64,000 nt of DNA, from contig CAZQBY010000005.1 of assembly GCA_964592405.1 (NCBI GenBank), forward strand, positions 1 through 64,000. The letters run 5' to 3'. The translations under genes and the position numbers were made by a program. Source of the DNA: an uncultured archaeon. GTDB lineage: Archaea > Altiarchaeota > Altiarchaeia > JAFGQM01. Below the pieces are notes generated by a model, which made no database searches, had not been told where the DNA came from, and saw nothing but the letters and a program-made list of their open reading frames with translations. Position 1 is the stretch's first letter. Each line of letters starts with the position of its first letter. Of this stretch, positions 1 through 10,488 are shown one piece after another.

Positions 1-362
1 TGGAGCATGTATATGACTATCAAAACGTTATACGGGAGTCTTATAAGGTATTAAAAAAAGGGGGCGTGTTCGTCGCCACTATTCCATTCTTGGTTAGATA
101 TCATCCTGCTCCAGAGGACTACTGGAGATTCTCAAAGACCTCCCTTGAGCGTATTTTGAAAGAAGCGGGCTTTACAAAAATTGAGGTTACCGGGCTTGGT
201 TATGGTCCGTTCTCATGTGCCCAGTGGGTAGGTATAATCCCACGGCCGCTGAGAGTGTTATTCTACATACTCCACATTGTTTTGGACAGGATAGTTGTAA
301 ATATAAAGCCATATCACAGGGGGAAGTATCCTCTAGCATTTCTCATAATTGCAAAAAAGTGA
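1..362 (+). CDS. Class I SAM-dependent methyltransferase, C-terminal part (5'-truncated by window edge)
   Basis: Frame open from position 3: EHVYDYQNVIRESYKVLKKGGVFVATIPF...HPAPEDYWRF, the typical LEH..E..RVLKPGG..P.D.WRF pattern of glycan-cluster methyltransferases. Confidence 0.75.
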   Translation, partial: EHVYDYQNVIRESYKVLKKGGVFVATIPFLVRYHPAPEDYWRFSKTSLERILKEAGFTKIEVTGLGYGPFSCAQWVGIIPRPLRVLFYILHIVLDRIVVNIKPYHRGKYPLAFLIIAKK

Positions 363-371
363 ATATGTGAC

Positions 372-1538
372 ATGGGTGAAAATGCCAAGGAGGGTGGAAA
401 CTTCAGGGTTCTTTTCATAAGCTCATCTTCAAGGTTTCGATTGCCGGAGAGAAGGAGCGCCTACAGGAAGAAATTTAGGGGTCTCTCGAAGATAGGCGAT
501 ATGAATTATATAGCTGTCTCGGATGATGGGGGCAGAAGACACGCCTGTGTGGGGGCCATGGAGCTCCATTTGGCTCCCAAAACAGGATTTAAGCCCCTTG
601 ATGTGATGCTGTTCCTGATATTTGCCCTTTTGGAGGGGTTGAAAATCATCAGGAAACGCAGAATAAACATTATATATGCCCAATCCCCGTTGCTTGACGG
701 GTGCATAGGATGCCTTTTAAGAACCCTTACCGGTTGCAAACTGATAGTGGGTATCCATGGCGACTGGGCTGGTGAGATACAGTATTCCAAACCGGGGTTG
801 GCCAGGTTTCTGCCTCTGATAAATCTTATCGCCAAGATGGTTCTCAGGAATGCCGATGTCGTGAGAGTCATCTCAGAGGCCACTAAAAGGCGGGCTCTTG
901 AGTTTATCCAAAAGGACAAGATTTTTCCTGTCATGTTTCCTGCGTTTTTTGATGCGGAGTTCTTTCTGGAGAGGGAGATTAAACATCCCAAGGAGGACAG
1001 TGTGGTGTTCGTCGGATCCCTTATAGGAAGGAAGGGGGTCAAATATTTGCTGGGGGGGATTCGAACAGTAATCGCCGAGTATCCAAAATTTAGGTTATAT
1101 ATTTTAGGGAGGGGGAACAAAGAGGGTGAACTGAAAGATTTGTGCAGAAGACTTGGCATAGAGGATAATGTCCAGTTCCTTGGACACCAGCCAGCCGAAG
1201 TGGTGATGGAATATATTGACAGGAGTCTGGCACTGGTGCTGCCATCACTCTCAGAAGGGCTGGGGAGAGCTGCACTGGAGGCTATGGCTAGGGGAAGACC
1301 TGTAATAGGTTCGCGGGTAGAGGGTATACTGGAGACTGTGAATAATGACCGGGGGTATCTGATACCTCCAAAAGATTCAAACGCTATTTCCTCTGCTATT
1401 TTGAGTATTCTGAGAAACAAAGCGGAAGCTATGGATAAGGGCATGAAGGGGCGGGAGTATGTTGCGGGGGAATATTCGCTGGAGAAGTATCTGAACAACT
1501 ATAAGGAATTATTTCACTTCACCCTGAGGGATGCATGA
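372..1538 (+). CDS. Glycosyltransferase family 4 (GT-B)
   Basis: FVGSLIGRKG and LPSLSEGLGRAALEAMARGRPVI (EX7E) motifs. Confidence 0.9.
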   Translation: MGENAKEGGNFRVLFISSSSRFRLPERRSAYRKKFRGLSKIGDMNYIAVSDDGGRRHACVGAMELHLAPKTGFKPLDVMLFLIFALLEGLKIIRKRRINIIYAQSPLLDGCIGCLLRTLTGCKLIVGIHGDWAGEIQYSKPGLARFLPLINLIAKMVLRNADVVRVISEATKRRALEFIQKDKIFPVMFPAFFDAEFFLEREIKHPKEDSVVFVGSLIGRKGVKYLLGGIRTVIAEYPKFRLYILGRGNKEGELKDLCRRLGIEDNVQFLGHQPAEVVMEYIDRSLALVLPSLSEGLGRAALEAMARGRPVIGSRVEGILETVNNDRGYLIPPKDSNAISSAILSILRNKAEAMDKGMKGREYVAGEYSLEKYLNNYKELFHFTLRDA

Positions 1539-2641
1539 GATAACACATCCAGTGTCCGCTCCATAACTGTATCCCATGAGTGAGCCCTTACCTTTGTTTT
1601 GGCGGCTTTGATAAGCTTGTTTGAATTCCCTTCAACTGCCCTGATTATGGTGTTTCTTAGTTCCTCCTGATTTAGGGGCTCTATCAGGAATCCGGTTTTC
1701 TTGTTTTCTACCAGTTCGGGGTTACCGCACACATTTGTTGCCACTATGGGTGTCTGGAGGGCCATCGCCTCAAGGAGGACATGAGACATTCCCTCATAGA
1801 GGGAGTTTAGGACTAATACCCTAGCAGATGCTATTTTTTGTATGGTATCTTCATGAGAGAGATTACCAAAAAAATGGATTGTATGTGGGCACAGTTCTCC
1901 TGCCAAAGCTTCCAGCTCCGATCTGTATGGACCATCACCAACTATCCACAACTCCGCACCCGTCTTTTCCCATATCTGGGGCATTACTCTTATGAGTTCT
2001 TTGATGCCCTTCCACGGAACCAGCCGGGCTACAGTTATTATGGCGTTCTGTTTTGTTGGGTGTATTGCCTTTAGAGCAGCAAGGTCCACTGCATTCGGAA
2101 TGATAACTATCTTTTCTTTGGGAACATTGTGGTATTTCGTCAACATGCGGCTGAGGAAGTTACTGGGTGTTATTATCCGATCCGCATGCCTGAAGACAAA
2201 CCTCTCCACTCGGAGTATATTTCTGTTGGCATCAGGATTTTTCAGGAAGTCTTCAAGAAATTTTTTGGTCTTTCCCTCCCTGAAGGCCTTCTCCCAAGCC
2301 GTATCACCAACATATTTGACAATCACCGGTCTGCCGCAGAGTCTGCCAGCCAAGACGGACGGGAGACCTATTGCCGCAGGATTTTGGGCATATATAATGT
2401 CGCAGTGCCGGGCAGCTTTCAGTATGTTAATGAAGAGTGATAACTGCCGTAAAAGCTTGTTCCTAGAGCGCTTGATTTTTCTTATATCAATACCATTGGG
2501 TCTTTCAACTTCAGAATCTGCAAGTGTAATTACTGTGATTTTGTGGCCAAGAGCGGTGGCCCTCTTGGAGAACTCATAAGCATAGGTCGCCGGGCCAGCT
2601 GCCTCAGGTGGAAAGACAGAAGAGGTTATCAGTATTTTCAT
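1514..2641 (-). CDS. Glycosyltransferase family 4
   Basis: MKILIT..FPP..GPA N-terminus; VARLVPWKG; SLYEGMSHVLLEAMA; 3' end overlaps the convergent GT4 by 25 nt. Confidence 0.9.
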   Translation of the reverse strand: MKILITSSVFPPEAAGPATYAYEFSKRATALGHKITVITLADSEVERPNGIDIRKIKRSRNKLLRQLSLFINILKAARHCDIIYAQNPAAIGLPSVLAGRLCGRPVIVKYVGDTAWEKAFREGKTKKFLEDFLKNPDANRNILRVERFVFRHADRIITPSNFLSRMLTKYHNVPKEKIVIIPNAVDLAALKAIHPTKQNAIITVARLVPWKGIKELIRVMPQIWEKTGAELWIVGDGPYRSELEALAGELCPHTIHFFGNLSHEDTIQKIASARVLVLNSLYEGMSHVLLEAMALQTPIVATNVCGNPELVENKKTGFLIEPLNQEELRNTIIRAVEGNSNKLIKAAKTKVRAHSWDTVMERTLDVLSHASLRVK

Positions 2642-2652
2642 TTATTGATTGG

Positions 2653-3663
2653 TTATCCCCAGAGGGATTTGTTATCCAGTATCCAGTCATAGAGTATTTT
2701 GATGCCCTTTTCCTTGTCGACCTTTGGTTCCCAGCCAAAGGCTTTCTTGGCTTTTCTTATGTCGCTGTAGTAGACCTTCTGGTCGCCGGGCCTCCAGTCG
2801 GCAAATGGGACCTCTTTCTTCCTCCCGGTCAGCGTCTCCAGATATTCCAAGAGCTCCAGCAGGGAGATTGTATTCTCGGGCCCACCACCTATGTTGAATA
2901 TGTCGCCCTTGGTCTTGGATATCTTCTTGGTGGCCAGGTCAAAAGCGTTCACGAGGTCGGAGACGAAGAGTATGTCCCTTATCTGCCTGCCGTCGCCGTA
3001 TATCCTAAGAGGCCAGCCGAAGACGGATGCCAGTGTGAAATACGCCACCCAGCCCTGGTCCTCGGTCCCGAACTGGCGGGTTCCGTAGATGCAGGACATC
3101 CTGAATACCACACTCTTCAGCCCATATATGCGCGCATAGTCCCGCACGTATTGGTCAGCTGCACCCTTGGAGCATCCATAGGGAGAGTGGAAATCCAGTG
3201 GTTGCGATTCTGAAACTCCATGCGGGAGGCTTTCATAGTCGTAGCGCGACTCCTTCTCGACGACCTTTACGCCCTCCATGCCACCATAGACCTTGTTGGT
3301 GGAGGTGAAGATGATTATGGGGTCTGTCCTTGCAGCGCGCGCAGCCTCCAAGACGTTAAATGTCCCAAGAGCGTTTATCTCAAAATCCTCGCGCGGGTTC
3401 GCAACTGATGTTGTCACGGCGACCTGGCCCGCGGTGTGGTAGATAACATCGGCATTCTCCGCTGCTTTCCTTAAGGACTCGAAATCACGAGTATCTGCGC
3501 GCAATATATTGATTTCAGGGTGCCTCTCCTTAAGCCAGTTGGCGTTCTTTTCAACACCCCTTCGGGAAAAGTTATCATATACGGCCACCTCCTCGCCCCT
3601 GGAGAGGAAATGATCCGCCAGATTTGATCCTATGAAACCTGCACCACCGGTAATCAGAATCAT
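2653..3663 (-). CDS. NAD-dependent nucleotide-sugar epimerase/dehydratase (CDP-paratose 2-epimerase-like)
   Basis: ILITGGAGFIGS; STNKVYG; SPYGCSKG (YxxxK); QFGTEDQGWV. Start moved to the Met of MILITGG. Confidence 0.88.
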   Translation of the reverse strand: MILITGGAGFIGSNLADHFLSRGEEVAVYDNFSRRGVEKNANWLKERHPEINILRADTRDFESLRKAAENADVIYHTAGQVAVTTSVANPREDFEINALGTFNVLEAARAARTDPIIIFTSTNKVYGGMEGVKVVEKESRYDYESLPHGVSESQPLDFHSPYGCSKGAADQYVRDYARIYGLKSVVFRMSCIYGTRQFGTEDQGWVAYFTLASVFGWPLRIYGDGRQIRDILFVSDLVNAFDLATKKISKTKGDIFNIGGGPENTISLLELLEYLETLTGRKKEVPFADWRPGDQKVYYSDIRKAKKAFGWEPKVDKEKGIKILYDWILDNKSLWG

Positions 3664-3670
3664 GGTTGTT

Positions 3671-5707
3671 TTATATCTTATACAAATAAAAGGAGTCTCT
3701 TCCACTGTTGTCCTTGACTACTGAAAACAAAGACTCGTTTGATATGTTGACTCGATTTGTAGCGGATTTGAAATAAGCAAGGCGTTCATTTGCTAGTACT
3801 ACGGCCCAATCCCCATTTGGATAATCTGACAGGTTGCCCAAATGAACTCCCATTGACGCAAACCTTCCCGAGCGAGGCTTGCCATAATTGAGCTGCCAGT
3901 GTTTTCCTGTGAAATACCACTCCTTGGCAAGTGGGTTTATGCTCTCGTCAAGAAGTACGCGATCTCCTGGAGAGGCCACTTCCATGAGAAGGTTGGCCAT
4001 TTCAGAATAGCCATATTCTTCAGTGGCCTTCCTCGCAGATTTGGAGAACATCAGGCTAGGTTCTGGCAGAGTGGAACCACTTGTTCCCAATTCTCCAGAT
4101 GAGGATGGTATGAAGGTATAGGCTTCGGAGATGTGGGTATTGTAAGTAAAAAATGTAGAATATATTATTAGGGCAAGTAACAAAGCTGTTGATATTTTTG
4201 TTTTTATGGTAGATAGCGTCCAGATCGTCAACAAGACGAATGGGATAGTGAGGTGGGGGAGATAATAGGATCTGAATCCCTGCCTCCAGACCAGCAATAT
4301 ATTGAGCAAGAGGAATATTAACATCAGAAATGCGATGTCCCTGCCGCTTTCTTCTCCAAGCATTTCTTCCGTATATCCATTCCCACAGCAAAAACGCTTA
4401 TTGAAGAGCTTGGCGAAGGAGAGGAAAGCCCCACCTACAAAGAGTAGGAAGAGGGGGAGCGAATATTGGTCTGCTAGGAGATATATCAGGCCGGAGAGGT
4501 TTTCAAGGGAATAGGCACGACCGGGATAGTTTTGCAAGTCCTGGAGGTAAGCGTGCTCCAAGCCCAGTATCTTGGAGAAGGCTATGTCCATATATCCCGT
4601 CTTGATGTATGCGCCGATATTGAAAACTATCACCGGAGAGAAGACTACCAAGGCTATTATGCAGATAAATATGAAACGTCTTAAAAGGTCCCTCCTCTTG
4701 AAAATTATGAATACAAAGATTGTTGGGACTAAGACTATTGCAGGAAATTTTACTAGCATTGCCGCCCCCAGTGCTATGCCGGTAAGCAAGGCTCCGGAGT
4801 GGGGTGCGTTTTTGGCTTTACTGGAGGAGAATACAAATTTGTAGAATAGATAAAGGGTCAAAAGCATGAAAAAAACCAAGAATATCTCCCTGAGGAGTGT
4901 GCGGCTCATCCAGACTATGTAATTGGACGATGCGAAAATGCCGGCGGCTATCGAGGAGTTCAACTCGGATAGGAACTCCCTTGCAAAGATATAAAACAGC
5001 AAGACTGCCATAAACCCCGTCAGTGCGCTGGCGAATCTGAACATCCAAGGCTGCAGTTTGTAGAAACCTCCGGGCTCTAGTATTTGCATAGCTGCAAAGG
5101 TGTTATAAAGAGCAAGGGGGCTGTGATCCTTCTGGGAGATGAAGTATGCATCTCTCCCGGGCGTGTTGCCATCTACGAGATCATAGGCTTTGAACCCTAT
5201 GCTGTATTCATTTCCATAGATCTCTGCCCTTCCCAAGTTGTAGAAATTCAAAAACAGACTCAGAACCAGAATCGAGATTATGAACTTCTTGAGGCGGGCT
5301 TTTCGTTTTAGAGAAGGCAATACGTTTTTCAGGGTGAAAGAATCCTCCCGTCTCCATGCTGCAAGGAAACAAAACAGGATTGTCAAAAGTGTTAGAATCG
5401 ACAAAAAGCCTGTTAGGTGGGGGGAAAATGCGGCCTCTTTGCCCTCTAGGGCCACATTTAGGAAGCCCGCTGGATAATGGAGTATTAAGCTAAAGGCGAA
5501 AGAGAGGGTCAGCCTTTTAAAAATGCCTATGGGTTTTGATATGAAAACCAGAGTTAGGGGATACCCGGAGAGGAAGAAGGCGAAGAGAATGCCAAACACC
5601 CATAGGAGAGTCGTTATTCCTCCCAGTGCCGACAATATAGACAGCAGACCTATGCAAAATACCGAAAGCAGGTCTTTGTTCCTGATTAGTAAAAACATCA
5701 GTTCCAT
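3671..5707 (-). CDS. Polytopic membrane glycosyltransferase, GT-C fold (ArnT/PMT-like)
   Basis: More than 12 hydrophobic segments; HSPL, FRFASAL, LGAAMLVKF pattern of GT39/GT83-like proteins; beside GtrA and GT2 genes. Confidence 0.65.
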   Translation of the reverse strand: MELMFLLIRNKDLLSVFCIGLLSILSALGGITTLLWVFGILFAFFLSGYPLTLVFISKPIGIFKRLTLSFAFSLILHYPAGFLNVALEGKEAAFSPHLTGFLSILTLLTILFCFLAAWRREDSFTLKNVLPSLKRKARLKKFIISILVLSLFLNFYNLGRAEIYGNEYSIGFKAYDLVDGNTPGRDAYFISQKDHSPLALYNTFAAMQILEPGGFYKLQPWMFRFASALTGFMAVLLFYIFAREFLSELNSSIAAGIFASSNYIVWMSRTLLREIFLVFFMLLTLYLFYKFVFSSSKAKNAPHSGALLTGIALGAAMLVKFPAIVLVPTIFVFIIFKRRDLLRRFIFICIIALVVFSPVIVFNIGAYIKTGYMDIAFSKILGLEHAYLQDLQNYPGRAYSLENLSGLIYLLADQYSLPLFLLFVGGAFLSFAKLFNKRFCCGNGYTEEMLGEESGRDIAFLMLIFLLLNILLVWRQGFRSYYLPHLTIPFVLLTIWTLSTIKTKISTALLLALIIYSTFFTYNTHISEAYTFIPSSSGELGTSGSTLPEPSLMFSKSARKATEEYGYSEMANLLMEVASPGDRVLLDESINPLAKEWYFTGKHWQLNYGKPRSGRFASMGVHLGNLSDYPNGDWAVVLANERLAYFKSATNRVNISNESLFSVVKDNSGRDSFYLYKI

Positions 5708-5710
5708 CCC

Positions 5711-6172
5711 CTATCTGAAAGCCCAATATTTGCTACCCAGAAAATTTCCGAACAGCGCGACTAGTATTGCTATGATTTCCGCAAGGATATACCAGATTCC
5801 AAAGGTCTCTACAAGGAAGCCGAGCACGGAAAGGTTCAGAACATAAGTGGAAGCGCTCAGAAGAAGATATTTTGGGAGGGCATGATGATGCCTTCTAATT
5901 CCTAGAGTCTTAAAAGTCCACAGATGGTTTAGGGTATATCCGTTGATGGTCGATACAAAAAGCGCTATTGCGGCCGAATAGAGGTAATAGAGTCCCACGT
6001 ACTCTGTCAGGGAGTAGAGAAGGGTAAGGTTTATCATGGAGCTGACAGCCCCGACCATAATGAATTTGGTGAGTTGTATAAATCCAGGCCTGTGATATGG
6101 GAATGGCTTGCCCAGAGGTCCCAAAGCTTCAAAGAGTCTTACAATAAAGTCGGTCATCGCAAAATTCCGCAT
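5711..6172 (-). CDS. GtrA-family small membrane protein (putative lipid-linked sugar flippase)
   Basis: KFIMVG..., NGYTLNHLWTF, NFLGSKYWAFR; 4 TM segments. Confidence 0.85.
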   Translation of the reverse strand: MRNFAMTDFIVRLFEALGPLGKPFPYHRPGFIQLTKFIMVGAVSSMINLTLLYSLTEYVGLYYLYSAAIALFVSTINGYTLNHLWTFKTLGIRRHHHALPKYLLLSASTYVLNLSVLGFLVETFGIWYILAEIIAILVALFGNFLGSKYWAFR

Positions 6173-6196
6173 ATGTTGTTATTACCTGTTAAAAAG

Positions 6197-6862
6197 CTAA
6201 AGTCCTAATCGTATCTTGATCAGGGACAGCAACATCTTGGGGCCATGCATCAAGCTGAATTTTGAGCCCTCCTTGTGGCTCCAAGAGATGGGACTTTGCT
6301 CGATTCTGCAGCCGATTTCCCTAAGCCTCCATAAAAGCTCCACGTCGAACTCGAAGCCTGTGGACTTCATATGTGGGATTACCTTATTGATGCACTCTTT
6401 TTTGAATATTTTTGCTCCACATTGAGTATCTGGCAATTTTAGAGAGAACAGCAAGTTTACGCAAAGGTTGAAAATATGACTCATTATCCGGCGCTCTCTT
6501 GGCTGATGTCTGGTTATTCTCGATCCCTCCACTCGCCTAGAGCCTATGACAACGTCAGCTTCCTTTGTTTCCATGGTCTTTATGAGGTTCTTGAAATCAG
6601 TGGGTGACACGCTGCCATCCGAATCTACAAAACCCAAGATATCAAATCTAGCTACTTTGAATCCCTCAATCACTGCGCCGCCTTTACCCAGCCTTTTGTC
6701 GAAGTCTAAGACTCTTGCCCCTGCTTTTCGAGCAATCTCGGCCGTTCGGTCATCTCCATCGGCCACGATTATCAGCTCATCGGAAAGAGTCTTGTAATCC
6801 CTAATTACGCTGGATATCCTCTCCTCCTCATTGTATGCAGGGATAATCAATGATAGTTTCAT
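6197..6862 (-). CDS. GT2 dolichyl-phosphate hexosyltransferase (Alg5/AglJ-like)
   Basis: LIIPAYNEE, GKGGAV, DSD, DTQCGAK, FEFDVELL. Confidence 0.85.
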   Translation of the reverse strand: MKLSLIIPAYNEEERISSVIRDYKTLSDELIIVADGDDRTAEIARKAGARVLDFDKRLGKGGAVIEGFKVARFDILGFVDSDGSVSPTDFKNLIKTMETKEADVVIGSRRVEGSRITRHQPRERRIMSHIFNLCVNLLFSLKLPDTQCGAKIFKKECINKVIPHMKSTGFEFDVELLWRLREIGCRIEQSPISWSHKEGSKFSLMHGPKMLLSLIKIRLGL

Positions 6863-8040
6863 TTCAAGGCTGATTTGAATGTTTTAAGGTATCTTATAGC
6901 AGCCTTCTCCCATGTGTATTCTGATCTCACAAGCCTCTCACCGTTCTTTGCAATCCTCCCCCTGAGCTTCCTGTCCCTTATGAGCCTTGCAAGTGCCCCA
7001 GAAAGATGTTCTACATCCCTTGGCTTCACCAGCAGGCCGGTCTTACCCTCCATTATGAAATCGGTCATCCCCCCTACATTGGTCGTGACCACCGGCAGCC
7101 CGCATGCCATGGCCTCAAGGAACACTATACCCATTCCCTCATGGAGGGAAGGAAGGACAAATATGTCTGCAAGGTTGTAGTAGCGCATAAGGTTCTCGTT
7201 CGGGATTCTGCCCACGAAGACTACTCGTTCCGCTATGCCCAGCTTCCTGGAAAGCCTCACTAGGTTGTCCTTTTCAACACCGTCCCCTACCAGGAGCAGT
7301 TTCACATCGCTATTTAGTCCTGCCACCGCGCGCAGCAGGTAATCCAGCCCTTTCCTCCGGGATAGCCGGGAAACTGAAATCAAAACCGTCTTGTCCTCTA
7401 GGCCCAATTCCCTGATTAGTCTTTTATCTGGAGGGCTCCGGGAGAATTTGCTGACGCTGATTCCATAGGGGGTTAGAGTTACATTGTTCTTGCAACCTAG
7501 CGACTGCGCGCGCTTTATGGTGTCCGTGCTTATCGCGGTGAGTGTCGAATGGGAGAATATGTACCGATATGCAGGGCTTATGATTTTCCTGAAAAGGGAC
7601 ATGAAAAAGGGCTCCTGTGGGGTGTATAGGTCGCCCCCGACCAGTGTCGTCACGAGGGGCGTGGAGGTCAGCCTCGCCACTTTCATCGCAGGCAGACCGG
7701 CAGGTATTATGAACTGGGCGTTGATTACGTCAAATTTCTCCTGCTTAACGAGCTTGAGAAGTGGTAGCTGCGATGCAAGCATGAAATAGGTCATGGCCAT
7801 GGAGGATAGAAGCTTGCTCTTCCTTTGGGGGCTCCTGTAGGGCCCTAGGAAGGGGTTCCCCACAATGCGATGGACCTTGACGCCATCCATCACCTCATGG
7901 CGCTTCAGCCCCTCAAAACATGTCGTCGCCACGTGGACCTCATGGCCCATAGAGGCGAGGGTTCTGGCCAGCTCGAACGCCCCCTGCTCCCCTCCGCCAG
8001 TCACAGGAGGGAACATGTATATCACCATCAGTATCTTCAT
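6859..8040 (-). CDS. Glycosyltransferase family 4
   Basis: FPPVTGGGE; SRLSRRKG; PSLHEGMGIVFLEAMACG. Confidence 0.9.
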   Translation of the reverse strand: MKILMVIYMFPPVTGGGEQGAFELARTLASMGHEVHVATTCFEGLKRHEVMDGVKVHRIVGNPFLGPYRSPQRKSKLLSSMAMTYFMLASQLPLLKLVKQEKFDVINAQFIIPAGLPAMKVARLTSTPLVTTLVGGDLYTPQEPFFMSLFRKIISPAYRYIFSHSTLTAISTDTIKRAQSLGCKNNVTLTPYGISVSKFSRSPPDKRLIRELGLEDKTVLISVSRLSRRKGLDYLLRAVAGLNSDVKLLLVGDGVEKDNLVRLSRKLGIAERVVFVGRIPNENLMRYYNLADIFVLPSLHEGMGIVFLEAMACGLPVVTTNVGGMTDFIMEGKTGLLVKPRDVEHLSGALARLIRDRKLRGRIAKNGERLVRSEYTWEKAAIRYLKTFKSALK

Positions 8041-9191
8041 TTTTCCAGCGTGCTCTCATACACTTTGATGAAGCTTTTGATGCGCTTTCCGACACTTAGA
8101 TTATCCTCAGCGAACTCTCTCGCTTTCCTGCCCATGCGCGCGCATGTGGCCGGGCTGTCCAGAAGTTTTTGGATGTTGTAGGCAAGGGCTTCCGGGCTTT
8201 TGGGCTCAACAAGTATGCCGGTGTCTCCCGACACCAGCTCCGGATTGCCGCCGACGTTGGTAGCTATAACAGGCTTGCCGCATGCCATAGCCTCCATTAT
8301 GGAGCGGCTCATACCTTCAGCCAGGGAAGGAAGAACAAAGATATCACATGCGTTGTAGGCTGCTGGCATCTTCGCATAGGGGAGGTAGGGTATCACGCTT
8401 ATCCGGCTCCTGAGGGCTTGGTTGCGCGCGAGCCAGTCTTTGACCAGGTGCTCGTCAAAGCCGCCGCCCAGCAGCAATAGGTGCGCGCCCTTTACAGCCC
8501 TGAATGCCTCCAGAAGATATGGAAGGCCCTTCTCCTCGACGAACCTGCCGGTGTAGAAGACAATTGGGCCTTTGATGTCTAGGCCTAGCTCGGCGCGCGC
8601 ATCCCTTTTTGGTATGTTGGGGCTGAATAATTTGGTGTCCACGGCATTGGGTATCGCAATCACTTTCTCTTTTGGGGGATTGTACCTCTCAAGCACCTCC
8701 CTCCGAAGGGCGTGGGAATCGCATGTTATGACATCCGCACCCTTCACGACCTTGCCCTCTATCAGCCTTGCCAGTGCACGCGTATAGAAGCGCTGGCGCA
8801 CGCTTGCCCACGGACCGTGGAGGGTCATGACATGTGGGATCGCAAATCTCTTTGAGAGCTTGCATCCTGTCAAACCGGCGACCGGGTTGTGGGTGTGGAG
8901 TATGTCAAATTCTTTCTCAGCCAAGAGGCGCTTGCACTCCTTGGTGGCTGGGAGGTAGTGGGTTATCTTGCTCTCGCGGAAGCCCAGGTTGTAGAATTTG
9001 GTGCGGTGAATGGGAAAATCATAGAGCTCGCCGGTTATCTCAGGTTCCAAACGAGTTACTACCTCAATATCAAACCCCTCCTTGCTGAGGCCCTCAGCCA
9101 GCTGAGCTATGCACGCGCCTCCGCCGCCCTGAGTAATGGCACCCTCTTTGGCCTGATAGGGAAAATCAGTAGAAACAAAGAGAACCCTCAT
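8037..9191 (-). CDS. Glycosyltransferase family 4
   Basis: GRFVEEKG; PSLAEGMSRSIMEAMACG. ATG at 9191 preferred over TTG at 9212, which overlaps the upstream gene. Confidence 0.88.
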   Translation of the reverse strand: MRVLFVSTDFPYQAKEGAITQGGGGACIAQLAEGLSKEGFDIEVVTRLEPEITGELYDFPIHRTKFYNLGFRESKITHYLPATKECKRLLAEKEFDILHTHNPVAGLTGCKLSKRFAIPHVMTLHGPWASVRQRFYTRALARLIEGKVVKGADVITCDSHALRREVLERYNPPKEKVIAIPNAVDTKLFSPNIPKRDARAELGLDIKGPIVFYTGRFVEEKGLPYLLEAFRAVKGAHLLLLGGGFDEHLVKDWLARNQALRSRISVIPYLPYAKMPAAYNACDIFVLPSLAEGMSRSIMEAMACGKPVIATNVGGNPELVSGDTGILVEPKSPEALAYNIQKLLDSPATCARMGRKAREFAEDNLSVGKRIKSFIKVYESTLEK

Positions 9192-9198
9192 GGGGATA

Positions 9199-10488
9199 TT
9201 AGATTCGCTCAAGTAAAAAACCCTTCTTGGAGGCCTTTTTCTGGTCTATCAAGCCCCGGGAGTCCACAATCGCTTTCGTTCTCATGTTTTCGGCGCAGAT
9301 GTCCAGGTCCAGATTTTTGAACTGGGTGTGGTCTGAATGTATTATAATGCAGTCGGAGTCTTTTATCGCCTCGTCAAATCCTTCTATGCGGACACCCCAA
9401 TCTTCGATCTCTCTTTCCTCGACCAAAGGGTCGTGAACAAAGACCTTCGCGCCCCGCTTTTTGAGCTCCTCGCAGATCCTCCCGGCAGGGCTCTCTCGCG
9501 CATCCCCGACATTCCCCTTGTATGAGGCGCCTAAGACGGTCACCTTCTTGCCCACGAGGTCTTTCAGCATCCTCTGGCAAAGATTCACCACATGAATAGC
9601 CATGTAATCGTTGACATCCCTGCCAGCTGTTATTATTTTGGGGTCATAACCCAGCTCTCTGGATTTGTAAACTAAATAATAGGGGTCCACCGGAAGACAG
9701 TGTCCTCCAACACCCGGTCCGGGCCAGTAGATGTGGAAGTTCCACTTGGTTGCTGCGGCCTTTATAACCTCTCGTGTATCAATACCCATCCTGTCAAATA
9801 TCAGTGCCAGCTCATTCATCAGACCTATATTCAGGTCGCGTTGCGTATTTTCGATGACCTTTGCGGCCTCTGCAGTTTTGATGCTGCTGACCTTTATGAC
9901 TTGTTCCCTGCTTATCTTGGAGTACATGCCTGCAGTTATTTCCAGCCATTTTTCGTTTATTGCGCCGACAATTCGCTTTATGTTTTTGATTGTATGTTTT
10001 TTGTCTCCCGGATTATATCTCTCCGGACAATAGGCCAGACCAAAATCACTGCCAGCCCTGAGGCCTGTCCTCTCTTCAATTATTGTTTGCACTATCTCTT
10101 CTGTAACTCCGGGATAGACTGTACTCTCAAGAACTACAAGTGTGTCTCTCTTTATTCCCTCTGCAACAGCTTCTGCTGCACCCCGCACTGCGCGCAGATC
10201 GGGTTTTTTGTCGCTGGTAAGTGGTGTGGGCACTGTAATCAATACTGCATCCGAATGCCTAACCGCCTGTGGAGTATCTGTTGTGAAGGCTATTTTGTTT
10301 GCATCCAGCAATTTCTGTATGCGCTCGTCCGTGATTATCTCTGGTATAGGGGAACGGCCATCATTTAATTTGCTCACCCGCTCACTATTTATATCCGAGC
10401 CAGTCACATCATAGCCGGCCTCTGCAAAAGCCATGGCTGTTGGCAGACCGACATACCCGATTCCGACAACACAGATTCTCTTTATCAT
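9199..10488 (-). CDS. UDP-N-acetylhexosamine 6-dehydrogenase (WecC/WbpA family)
   Basis: VGIGYVGLP; LESTVYPG; PER; KVIENTQRD; GVGGHCLPVDP with catalytic Cys; DARESP. Confidence 0.9.
   Translation of the reverse strand: MIKRICVVGIGYVGLPTAMAFAEAGYDVTGSDINSERVSKLNDGRSPIPEIITDERIQKLLDANKIAFTTDTPQAVRHSDAVLITVPTPLTSDKKPDLRAVRGAAEAVAEGIKRDTLVVLESTVYPGVTEEIVQTIIEERTGLRAGSDFGLAYCPERYNPGDKKHTIKNIKRIVGAINEKWLEITAGMYSKISREQVIKVSSIKTAEAAKVIENTQRDLNIGLMNELALIFDRMGIDTREVIKAAATKWNFHIYWPGPGVGGHCLPVDPYYLVYKSRELGYDPKIITAGRDVNDYMAIHVVNLCQRMLKDLVGKKVTVLGASYKGNVGDARESPAGRICEELKKRGAKVFVHDPLVEEREIEDWGVRIEGFDEAIKDSDCIIIHSDHTQFKNLDLDICAENMRTKAIVDSRGLIDQKKASKKGFLLERI

Noticed and set aside
506-1498. 330-aa minus-strand ORF
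   Set aside because: Antisense shadow of the GT4 gene; Ser-rich with no motifs
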